This document shows positions 11,843-21,187 of a stretch of 64,000 nt of DNA, one piece after another. Where the stretch lies: positions 1 to 64,000 of the forward strand of contig JAPDFW010000097.1 of the NCBI GenBank assembly GCA_028826165.1. The letters are read 5' to 3'. Each line of letters opens with the position of its first letter. The first letter of the stretch is position 1. The translations under genes and the position numbers were made by a program. Source of the stretch: Anaeramoeba ignava BMAN. Lineage: Eukaryota; Protista; Anaeramoebae. A model generated the notes under the pieces. It searched no databases, was not told the origin of the DNA, and was given only the letters and a program-made list of their open reading frames with translations.

Positions 11843-14683
11843 ATGTCAAAAAAATATTTTCAAGAAATGAATCAAGAAATAAATCAAGAAAATTTGAAAA
11901 AGAAAAACAAAATAAATCAAAATTTAATTGAAAATAAATTTCCAAAATTCTCAAAAAAAAACATTAATCCATTTGATAATAAAAATAAGAAAGTTTTCTC
12001 TCAAAAAATCAAGAAAACAATTATAAATCAAGAAAATAATTTAGATAAAAAACAAAATTTAGAAGAAAATCAAATCAAAAACAAATTTGAACCTCAAAAC
12101 AAAACAACTTTTTCAAGGCTTTGTAGAATTTATCAACCTCGGTTTAAAGTTAAAATAAATCAAAATAAATTGAATCCAAATAATCAAAATAAATTTAATA
12201 AAAATAATCAAATTAATCAAATTAAATTCAATCCAAATAATCAAATTAAATCAAATAAAAATAATCAAAATAATCAAAATAAATTAAATAAAAATAATCA
12301 AATTAAATTGAATCAAAATAATCAAAATAAATTCAATCCAAATAATCAATTTAATCAAAATCCAAATAATCAAAATAAATTCAATAAAAATAATCAAAAT
12401 AAATTTAATAAAAATAATCAAAATAAATTCAATCCAAATAATCAAAATAAATTGAATCCAAATAATCGAAATAAATTGAATCCAAATAATCAAATTAAAT
12501 TTAATCCAAATAATCAAATTAAATTGAATAAAAATAATCAAAATAAATTGAATCCAAATAATCAAATTAAATTGAATAAAAATAATCAAAATAAATTGAA
12601 TAAAAATAATCAAAATGAATTGAATCCAAATAATCAAATTAAATTGAATAAAAATAATCAAAATAAAAATAAAAATCAAATTAAATTGAATAAAAATAAT
12701 CAAAATAATCAAAATAAATTTAATCCAAATAATCAAATTAAATTCAATAAAAATAATCAAAATGAATTGAATAAAAATAATCAAAATAATCAAAATAAAT
12801 TGAATAAAAATAATCAAAATAAATTGAATAAAAATAATCAAATTAAATTAAATAAAAATAATCAAATTAAATTCAATAAAAATAATCAAATTAAATTGAA
12901 TAAAAATAATCAAAATAATCAAAATAAATTTAATCCAAATAATCAAATTAAATTCAATAAAAATAATCAAAATGAATTGAATAAAAATAATCAAATTAAA
13001 TTAAATCCAAATAATCAAATTAAATCAAATAAAAATAATCAAATTAAATTCAATAAAAATAATCAAATTAAATTGAATAAAAATAATCAAATTAAATTTA
13101 ATCCAAATAATCAAATTAAATTCAATAAAAATAATCAAATTAAATTGAATCCAAATAATCAAATTAAATTAAATAAAAATAATCAAAATAAATTGAATAA
13201 AAATAATCAAATTAAATTGAATAAAAATAATCAAAATAAATTCAATCCAAATAATCAAATTAAATTGAATAAAAATAATCAAAATAAATTCAATAAAAAT
13301 AATCAAAATAAATTCAATCCAAATAATCAATTTAATCAAAATCCAAATAATCAAAATAAATTGAATAAAAATAATCGAAATAAATTGAATAAAAATAATC
13401 AAATTAAATTCAATAAAAATAATCCTTGTATTGTGGCTCACAAAATTAATCTTATAATCCCTTCCAAAAAAGAAAATAATCAAAATCAAAATCAAAATCA
13501 AAATCAAAATCAAAATTTAAATCAAAATCAAAATCAAAATCAAATTCAAATTCAAACAAAATTTCGAAAACCAATATTGACAAGTAAACAAAAACCAAAT
13601 ATAAAAATATTAAATCAACTTACAGAATTTGAAAAACATGAAATAATTCAATACTGCAAGGTTTATTTCTTGGGAAATAAATTAATGAAGATGGAAAACA
13701 ATTTCAATGATTCAAAGGGATTTTACAAATGTATAATTGGAGATCATATTTTTTATCGATATGAAATTTTGAAAATTCTTGGAAGAGGAGCATTTGGACA
13801 AGTTATTTTATGCAAGGATCACAAAATTTATAATTCACAAGTTGCAATCAAAATTATTCGCAATAGAAAAAAATTATATAATCAAGGCAAAATTGAAATT
13901 GAGATATTAAAATACATCAAATCTTGTGGGAAAGGAAGTAACAAAAACATTGTTGAAATTTATCATTCTTTCAATTTTCGAGGTCATTTATGTATTGTAT
14001 TTGAACTTCTTGGACCAAATTTATTTGATATTATTAAACAAAATCATTTTAGAGGATTAAATATTCAGTTTGTAAAAGAAGTCGCAAATCAACTTTTAAA
14101 ATCAATGAATATTCTTTCAAAAGAAAAAATAATACATTGTGATATAAAACCAGAAAATGTATTGATAAAAAATGTGAAAAAAAATAATGAAATTAAATTG
14201 ATTGATTTTGGAAGTAGTTGCTTTGAAAATAACACAATTTACACTTATATTCAATCCAGATTTTATCGTTCTCCTGAAGTTATTTTGGGGATGAAATATG
14301 GACTTCCTATTGATATTTGGTCTTTAGGATGTTTACTTGTTGAACTTTTTACTGGTTTACCACTTTTTCCAGGAGAATCAGAACAAGAACAACTACTTCT
14401 TATTATGCAAGTAATTGGTGTTCCTTCAAAAGAATTTATTCAAAAAGGAACCCGTAGCAAATATTTTTTTAACGATGATTATTCTCCAATTATTTTCCCT
14501 AATTCAAGAGGATTACTTCATAAACCTTCTTCGAAAAAACTTTGTTCTATTCTCCATCTTCCTTCTGATTCTCTTTTTCTTCATTTTGTTTCTTCTTGTT
14601 TGGAATGGGAACCTGAAAAAAGAATTACTCCAGAAAATGCTTTAAAGCATATTTGGTTTAAATTTCATGAGAAGAGTCAATAA
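11843..14683 (+). CDS. DYRK-family (DYRK2/4-like) dual-specificity kinase with long N/Q-rich N-terminal repeat
   Basis: DH-box-like FNDSKGFYKCIIGDHIFYRYEI, GRGAFGQV, HCDIKPEN, DFGSS, YTYIQSRFYRSPEVILG. Confidence 0.95.
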   Translation: MSKKYFQEMNQEINQENLKKKNKINQNLIENKFPKFSKKNINPFDNKNKKVFSQKIKKTIINQENNLDKKQNLEENQIKNKFEPQNKTTFSRLCRIYQPRFKVKINQNKLNPNNQNKFNKNNQINQIKFNPNNQIKSNKNNQNNQNKLNKNNQIKLNQNNQNKFNPNNQFNQNPNNQNKFNKNNQNKFNKNNQNKFNPNNQNKLNPNNRNKLNPNNQIKFNPNNQIKLNKNNQNKLNPNNQIKLNKNNQNKLNKNNQNELNPNNQIKLNKNNQNKNKNQIKLNKNNQNNQNKFNPNNQIKFNKNNQNELNKNNQNNQNKLNKNNQNKLNKNNQIKLNKNNQIKFNKNNQIKLNKNNQNNQNKFNPNNQIKFNKNNQNELNKNNQIKLNPNNQIKSNKNNQIKFNKNNQIKLNKNNQIKFNPNNQIKFNKNNQIKLNPNNQIKLNKNNQNKLNKNNQIKLNKNNQNKFNPNNQIKLNKNNQNKFNKNNQNKFNPNNQFNQNPNNQNKLNKNNRNKLNKNNQIKFNKNNPCIVAHKINLIIPSKKENNQNQNQNQNQNQNLNQNQNQNQIQIQTKFRKPILTSKQKPNIKILNQLTEFEKHEIIQYCKVYFLGNKLMKMENNFNDSKGFYKCIIGDHIFYRYEILKILGRGAFGQVILCKDHKIYNSQVAIKIIRNRKKLYNQGKIEIEILKYIKSCGKGSNKNIVEIYHSFNFRGHLCIVFELLGPNLFDIIKQNHFRGLNIQFVKEVANQLLKSMNILSKEKIIHCDIKPENVLIKNVKKNNEIKLIDFGSSCFENNTIYTYIQSRFYRSPEVILGMKYGLPIDIWSLGCLLVELFTGLPLFPGESEQEQLLLIMQVIGVPSKEFIQKGTRSKYFFNDDYSPIIFPNSRGLLHKPSSKKLCSILHLPSDSLFLHFVSSCLEWEPEKRITPENALKHIWFKFHEKSQ

Positions 14684-14759
14684 GAAACTATATTAGATTA
14701 AAAATTATCGATTTAATTTATTTGAATTTTTCATTTTGCATTTTGCATTTTGCATTTTA

Positions 14760-15290
14760 AATATTGAATTGAATTGAATTAAATATTGAATTGAATTAAA
14801 TTGAATTAAATATTGAATATTGAATATTGAATTGAATATTAAATTGAATTGAATATTAAATTGAATTGAATTGAATATTGAATTGAATATTAAATATCAA
14901 ATTGAATATTGAATATTAAATATTGAATTGAATTGAATTGAATATTAAATATTAAATATCAAATTGAATTGAATATTGAATATTGAATTGAATTGAATTG
15001 AATTGAATTGAATTGAATTGAATTGAATATTGAATATTAAATATTGAATTGAATTGAATTGAATAAATATTAAATATTGAATTGAATTGAATTGAATTAA
15101 ATATTAAATTGAATTGAATATTGAATATTAAATTGAATTGAATTGAATTGAATATTGAATTGAATTGAATTAAATTAAATATTGAATTGAATTGAATTGA
15201 ATTAAATATTAAATTGAATTGAATATTGAATATTAAATTGAATTGAATTGAATTGAATTAAATATCAAATATTGAATTGAATTGAATCAA
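14760..15290. repeat. (ATTGA)n-type intergenic microsatellite between convergent genes
   Basis: Visible degenerate 5-7 bp tandem repeat. Confidence 0.9.
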
Positions 15291-15337
15291 CTTTTTGGAA
15301 AAAAAATATTTAAAAATAAATTCATTTGGAAATGGAT

Positions 15338-15811
15338 TTATTGAATAAATTGATTTTGAAATTGATTTTCAGATTTCTTTTCAGATTTCTTTTCAGATTT
15401 CTTTGGTTCTTCCTCTATTTTAGTTGATTCCATTGATTCCATTTCAGAAATAACAGATATTCTTTGACCAAAATGAATTATAGTTTTTGAAAAATCATAA
15501 AAATCAAAATTTGGAGCTAATTCATAAGCCCAATCTTGATAAAATTTAAGAAAAATTTGTAAATCCTCTTTTTCATTTCCTTCACCTTCAAGTTTTGGTT
15601 TGATTTGATTTGGAAAATTTCTTTTAATATAACGAATTCCTTTTGGACCTGTTATTAAAGTTGGAATTGGAGTTTTATTTCTTTTTTTTTTTGAATTTGA
15701 TTCAACTCCATATTGTTTTAAAAAATTTTCAGTTTTTTCTGGAATTTTTGATAATTCAAATGTTTCTTCATTTAAATTAAAATCTAAATTTGAATCTAAA
15801 TTTGAATCCAT
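15338..15811 (-). CDS. TIPIN: Replication fork protection factor Tipin/Swi3/Csm3
   Basis: LITGPKGIRYIKRNF...GEGNEKEDLQIFLKFYQDWAYELAPNFDFYDF matches the Swi3 domain pattern. Confidence 0.85.
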   Translation of the reverse strand: MDSNLDSNLDFNLNEETFELSKIPEKTENFLKQYGVESNSKKKRNKTPIPTLITGPKGIRYIKRNFPNQIKPKLEGEGNEKEDLQIFLKFYQDWAYELAPNFDFYDFSKTIIHFGQRISVISEMESMESTKIEEEPKKSEKKSEKKSENQFQNQFIQ

Positions 15812-15854
15812 TTTTTAAAAAAAAAGAAAATTGAAAATTGAAAATTTAAAAAAA

Positions 15855-18159
15855 TTAAAAAAAAAAGGAATTTTTTAACGAACATTCCAAAAAAAAAAAA
15901 TTTATTCTCTTCTTTTTAATTTCTAATTTAAAATTATCATTATCATTATCATTGTTGTTATTTTCTTGTATTAAATTATCAATTTGTGGAAATTCTTCAT
16001 TTAAAGATTGAATAAAATTCAAAAAATCTAAATCTAAATTTAAATTTAAATCTAAATCTAAATTATTTGGTTCTTGAGTAACAAATTCATAAGGAAAAGA
16101 ACAAGTTCGATTTGACATTATAAGATAATGAAAAGGTTTTTGTTTCTCAATTTGTTCAAAAACTTCCAAAATTTGTGAAAAATTTTTACTCAAAACTTGA
16201 TTTTTTGTTTTTCCATTAAATTTCATTGCAATTTCCCAAGCATTCCTTCCAATCCACGAAGAAATTGTCTCAACTTTTTTGTTTGAAGAATTTTGTTTGA
16301 CCAAATGCAAAGGTTTTGTTTTCCAAAAATGATAATTTCTTTCCACATAAAAATCAATAATAGAATTTAAAGTGCGATTTTTATTCCAAATTTCAGAATT
16401 TTTCAAAGCATTGCTAAAATAATCAGAGCAAATAATCTCTTCCCATGTTACAGCTTGAAGATTGCTTTCCTCGAGAAAGATACTCCCTGAATATTGGCAT
16501 TTTTCTTGGATTTTCAGAAGTATAATAGGATATTTCAAAAGACAATCTTGGATCATTTCATCACAAGTCACCATTTCATCAACAATCCAGTTATCAAACT
16601 CTAATTCCTGATTACCAGAATTAACCAAATTAATATTCGGAAATTTCATTCTTCCTTTCAAGTCTTTTTTTTCCTGTTCCATTTGGAAACATGCTAATGC
16701 CCTTGTGAATATTAAAGATGGAAGCAAAAAAATTGGAATTTGTTTATAATTTGCAAAAAATTGAGGAAATTGAATAAAAAAATCATAATTCTTTGAATAT
16801 ATTCCTGGGAAATCAATAAATAATAAGGAATTCATTGGATCCTTTTCTGGATTAAATGAGAATAAGAGCTTGAATAGATTGAAAGATGTTTCATAACATC
16901 CTTTTCTTGTAGTCATATGAGCAAGTTGGAAAATTGCTCGGAAAATTATTCTTTAATAAAATTTAATAAAATTTAATAAAATTTAATAAAAAGCTTGTTA
17001 TTATTATTTTTTTTTGAGTTTTCATTTCTATTTTGCTTGATAATTTACGAGTTATTTGCGTTGTATTCAAATCTATTATTTCCTTTCCCAATTTTTAAAT
17101 CTTCACAAAACTTTTTTTCAATTGATAAAGCTGCACAACTTAACCAATCAATATATGATTGAATTTCTCTGTTTAAAAGTGAAATCTCAGATATTTGAAG
17201 ACAAGTATCTATTAAATTGATAGTAAATATAGTTGGATTTTAAATGAAAAAAAAATTTTAAATAAAGAAAAATCAATCCAAAAATTTTCTTCCGTTTTTC
17301 TTTTTTCGTTTTTCTTTTTCTTTTCTTTACCAATATGATCAGGTATTTTTTGTAAAATTAATAATAAATTTTGAGGATCAGCTCCATTTCTAAGAATTTG
17401 TTCAAATTCATTTTGAATACTTGAATAAAAATCATTGTGAATGAAATCAAACCAATTTTCTTTAAAAAGAATGAAATATTTAAAAAAGGAATCATTTTGT
17501 TTTTTTTTTATAAAATAAATTCCAACAATTTAACCATTAAATATGATATAAATCTTGATAATACCTCCATTTTTATTTTCAGATAAAATCATATATAATC
17601 CTGATGGAATATTTGGGTTCCATTTTGGATTTGGATTTACAAATAATCCTTCTGTTTCTTGAATATGTCTTATTATTTGTCTTCTTGGTTTTTGTTTTTG
17701 TTTTTGTTTTTGTTTTGATTTGTTTATTATTCTGGATTTTGAAACGATTTTTTTACCAAAAATTTTTTTTAATTCATTTTCATAATTTAATTTTGATGGA
17801 TTAACTGATAAAAATTGGAAAAGTAAATTATTTTGATTTTGATTTTGATTTAGATTTTGATTTTGATTTTGAATTTGATTTTGATTTTGATTTTGATTTT
17901 GATTTTGATTTTGATTTTGATTTTGATTTTGATTTTGATTTTGATTTTGATTTTGAATTTGATTTTGATTTTGATTTTGATTTTGATTTTGATTTTGATT
18001 TTGATTTTGATTCTTTTTCTTATTTTTGTTTTTATTTTTGTTTCTATTTTTGTTTCTGTTTTTATTTTTGTTTTTATTTTTGTTTTTATTTTTGTTTCTG
18101 TTTTTATTTTTGTTTCTGTTTTTATTTTTGTTTCTGTTTTTATTTTTATTTGAATGCAT
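15855..18159 (-). CDS. TCF25: TCF25/Rqc1 (Nulp1) ribosome quality-control factor, multi-exon
   Basis: ATG at 18159; LSVNPSKLNYENELKKIFG; WFDFIHNDFYSSIQNEF...ADPQNLLLILQKIPDHID (intron 17460-17564); RKGCYETSFNLFKLLFSFNPEKDPMNSLLFIDF. Confidence 0.88.
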
Positions 18160-18308
18160 TTTATAAAAATGAAAAAATGGGCCAATTCCATCCTCATTTG
18201 CCACACGAAAAAAATAAAATTTTTTATATAAGAAATTTTTTTTTGTTTTTTAAAAATAATAAAAATTTCTTTTTGAGGATTTTAATTTTGATTTTGATTT
18301 TTATTTAT

Positions 18309-20579
18309 TTAAATCCTCTTTTCAACAAAATTATGAAAAGGAAATGATTCCCAAAAAAAAATCTCACGGAATTTTAAGGAGATTGTATTTAGGATTGCTC
18401 TCAAATTTGGGTCTTCTTTCCCTTTTTCTTCTAACTTATTCTTAAGAAATTGAATTTGTTGATACAACCTTCTTATTCTAAAATGGATTGTTTGAACTTC
18501 TTCTCTTTCTAGAAGAAATGCAAGCATATATCGAGTTTTTCTTCCATGTTTTTTTTGAATAAAATTAACAATTTGAGGGCATTCCCATCTTAAAAAGCAT
18601 CTCAAAAATCCAAATAAACATATGAAAGGTCCACAATCGTTGCTATTTTTTTGTAACTCTTTTTGCTTCCATTTAATAACCTTCAATTTTGCCTTCAATA
18701 ATGAATTAAGCTGATTTATTCCTCTAGAGTATATTTGATGTGGTTTACTATTAAAGATCTCCAATTCATTCTTATTTCGATGAAAAACTGCTAGAATCCA
18801 GTGATGTTGATAAAATAAGGGAATAATCCATTCATTTTTTATTGCAAGAAGCTCACTATTTTGGATTATTTGAGATCTAATCATTTCCAAATTTCCTGAA
18901 TCAAAAATAAAAAGATGTTGGGGTCGTTTGTAGCAGTAAAGAATTTGAAAAAAATTATCAATATCAGAAGTGGAAAACCAATTTTTAGTTGGGATCCAAG
19001 ATAAAATTCGATCTCTCCAAGTTGTAAATCTTCCAGGATCTAGACTTTCATTAATTCTCAGTGTTTCAATAATTTGATCTATGTTTTCCAGATTGTAAAT
19101 AAGATCCAAATTTTGTTGCATATTTTGTTGTTTACCTATCTCTTCTTGTATATTTCGTTCATTCTTTTCTGATTCCTTTTTTTCTTTCTCTGTTTGTTTT
19201 GACTTATGTTTTGACTTATGTTTTGATTTATGTTTAGATTTATGTTTTGACTTATGTTTTGATTTATGTTTAGATTTATGTTTAGATTTATGTTTTGATT
19301 TATCTTTAGATTTATGTTTTGATTTATGTTTAGATTTATGTTTAGATTTATGTTTTGATTTATCTTTAGATTTATCTTTAGATTTATCTTTAGATTTATG
19401 TTTTTGTTTATCCTTTTTTTTTGAAATAGGTTCTGAATTTGAATTATTTCTATCACAACTTGCTTTTTTCTCATCATTTTGAATAATATTAATTTTCTTT
19501 TCCTCATTTAACTTTCCTTTTTTTGTTGTTTTCCTTCTTTTTCTTTGTTGTTTATTCTCCATTTTGCTTTTGTTTTTTTCTTCCTCTTTTTTTAGCTTCT
19601 CTTCTTTTTGTGCACGTTTTATTTCTTTGATTACTTTTTTGTTTTCTTGTTTTTTTTCATATATCTTTGTTTCTTTTTCATTTCTAGTTGTTTTTCTCAA
19701 AGTACGTCCTTTTGCTGACAAATTATAAAGTGCAGCACAAACCAAAATGACTGCTTTATGTAAATGAAGATTGAGCCGCACTTTTTCTCTCAGAATTCTT
19801 TTCACCTTTAATATGGAGAAAACATTTTCTATAATAGATCTTTCTTTATTAATCAAATCATTTCTATCCTTTTGTTCTTTTGTAAAACCTTTTTTTCTTT
19901 TTTTGAATGGAGTGATAGAATATGAATGATGGAATGCCTTATCTCCTAAGACTTTATAAGGTTTTAATTTTTTATCCAAATCACATGCATAAACAGCAGG
20001 AGAATCATGCATAGATCCCTCAAAACCAACTGCAAAAAAAATTATGACTCCTTTTCGATCACAAACAACTATTGCTTTCATACAGCTTGTTCCTCTCTTC
20101 ATACTATACCAAGCTTTTTCATCTTTCAAAATTCTGCTTCGAGGAAAATCAGTCCCGTCAATTACACCAATAACAGAAGGAAGACCTACTTGATTCCATT
20201 CCGCTTCCAATCTTATAAGTTCTTCTCTTGGAGGAAATTGAATCTGGTTTTCCAGAATAGTTTTTAATTGTGTTAACACTTCTTCAATATATCTCTTCAC
20301 TGTTGTTGTCCCAATACGCCAAATCACTGCTAAAAAAGAATAAGAACAATAATGTTTTATCCAAGTTAATAGGATTAATAAACGATTGGGAAGATCCACT
20401 AATTTCTCGTTTCGAGAAGGACTATTAGGAGGACTTGAATTTTGCTTATTTGGAAATGCAGTTTGAATACCATTAATAAGAAATTCAATTGTTTGTCTTT
20501 TTTCTCCAGTAAAACTGAGCAAACTTTTTGGATCGTTTTTGATTTCTTCCCAAACATCTCTGTAAAGTAGATTTTTCAC
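18309..20579 (-). CDS. DDE transposase (HTH_Tnp_4 + DDE_Tnp_4) fused to a C-terminal Ulp1/SENP (C48) cysteine protease
   Basis: HTH: RLLILLTWIKHYCSYSFLAVIWRIGTTTVKRYI. DDE: VIDGT, GSMHD, LGDKAF, RSIIENVFSILK. Protease: WFSTSDID, IIPLFYQHHWILAV, IFNS, QKNSNDCGPF. The listed start is GTG; the frame stays open upstream to ~20699. Confidence 0.92.
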   Translation of the reverse strand: MKNLLYRDVWEEIKNDPKSLLSFTGEKRQTIEFLINGIQTAFPNKQNSSPPNSPSRNEKLVDLPNRLLILLTWIKHYCSYSFLAVIWRIGTTTVKRYIEEVLTQLKTILENQIQFPPREELIRLEAEWNQVGLPSVIGVIDGTDFPRSRILKDEKAWYSMKRGTSCMKAIVVCDRKGVIIFFAVGFEGSMHDSPAVYACDLDKKLKPYKVLGDKAFHHSYSITPFKKRKKGFTKEQKDRNDLINKERSIIENVFSILKVKRILREKVRLNLHLHKAVILVCAALYNLSAKGRTLRKTTRNEKETKIYEKKQENKKVIKEIKRAQKEEKLKKEEEKNKSKMENKQQRKRRKTTKKGKLNEEKKINIIQNDEKKASCDRNNSNSEPISKKKDKQKHKSKDKSKDKSKDKSKHKSKHKSKHKSKHKSKDKSKHKSKHKSKHKSKHKSKHKSKHKSKHKSKHKSKQTEKEKKESEKNERNIQEEIGKQQNMQQNLDLIYNLENIDQIIETLRINESLDPGRFTTWRDRILSWIPTKNWFSTSDIDNFFQILYCYKRPQHLFIFDSGNLEMIRSQIIQNSELLAIKNEWIIPLFYQHHWILAVFHRNKNELEIFNSKPHQIYSRGINQLNSLLKAKLKVIKWKQKELQKNSNDCGPFICLFGFLRCFLRWECPQIVNFIQKKHGRKTRYMLAFLLEREEVQTIHFRIRRLYQQIQFLKNKLEEKGKEDPNLRAILNTISLKFREIFFWESFPFHNFVEKRI

Positions 20580-20824
20580 AATTTGAGACTGAAATTGTGA
20601 ATTCTGACTTGAAGATTGTGAAGAAATTGGAGAATTGGAATTTTGAGATGAAATGATTTTTGATTTATTGAGTGTGTCTTTTGATAAAGAAAAAATCTAT
20701 AGACTTCAATCATTTCTTGGATTAGTTCATCATAAGTGAGCGTGTTTTTGAGCTGCTTTAATTGATCTACAGTGTTTTTACTCACTTTAATTGTGGTATT
20801 TTTTGATTTAGAATTGTTATTCAT
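20576..20824 (-). CDS. Ribbon-helix-helix-like DNA-binding module; probably the true N-terminus of the transposase (joined by a -1 shift at a T6 run near 20692-20697)
   Basis: TTIKVSKNTVDQLKQLKNTLTYDELIQEMIE has the beta-alpha-alpha pattern of CopG/VapB-type RHH proteins. Confidence 0.6.
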   Translation of the reverse strand: MNNNSKSKNTTIKVSKNTVDQLKQLKNTLTYDELIQEMIEVYRFFLYQKTHSINQKSFHLKIPILQFLHNLQVRIHNFSLKL

Positions 20825-21187
20825 TTGTGTTGAGTTGAAAAAAATATTTAGAAATGAAAATAAAAAGAAAAAAATGAAATTGGATTGTTTATTTTTGGAT
20901 TAAAAAAAAAATTTTAGTTAAACATTCACTATTTCAATCTTAACTGGGTATACCTAAGTGTCGAAAATTTTCTTTGAGTATAATTTGAGTATTGGAATCG
21001 TTTTATTTTAAATAAATGAGGAGTTGAAATTTTGAAATTTTCCTTAGGAATCTCCCCAATGAAAAAAATGAAAAAAATGAAAAAATTATTTTGAAAAGAA
21101 ATTTTATTGAGAATTTATTATTTAAGAAAAAAAAAAATTATTTTCATCTAAATTTCGAAATTTCTTTTTTTGAAATTGATTTTCTAG

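Larger units (their letters stand above)
18179..21057 (-). mobile_element. PIF/Harbinger-ISL2-type (DDE_Tnp_4) DNA transposon with imperfect terminal inverted repeats and AAT target-site duplication
   Basis: Ends GGGCCAATTCC (18179) and GGAATCTCCCC (21057) form an 8/11 inverted match. AAT flanks both ends (18176-18178, 21058-21060). An inverted TCCTCATTT motif is subterminal at both ends. Excision would rejoin an (AATGAAAAA)n upstream tract. Confidence 0.8.

Noticed and set aside
12284-13513. Hydrophobic antisense ORFs opposite the DYRK repeat (also 33632-33970 opposite the bZIP gene)
   Set aside because: Mirror translations of N/Q/K or N/V codon repeats.
18160-18204. N-terminal extension MANEDGIGPFFHFYK on TCF25
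   Set aside because: It starts at GTG inside the transposon end; the native ATG is at 18159.
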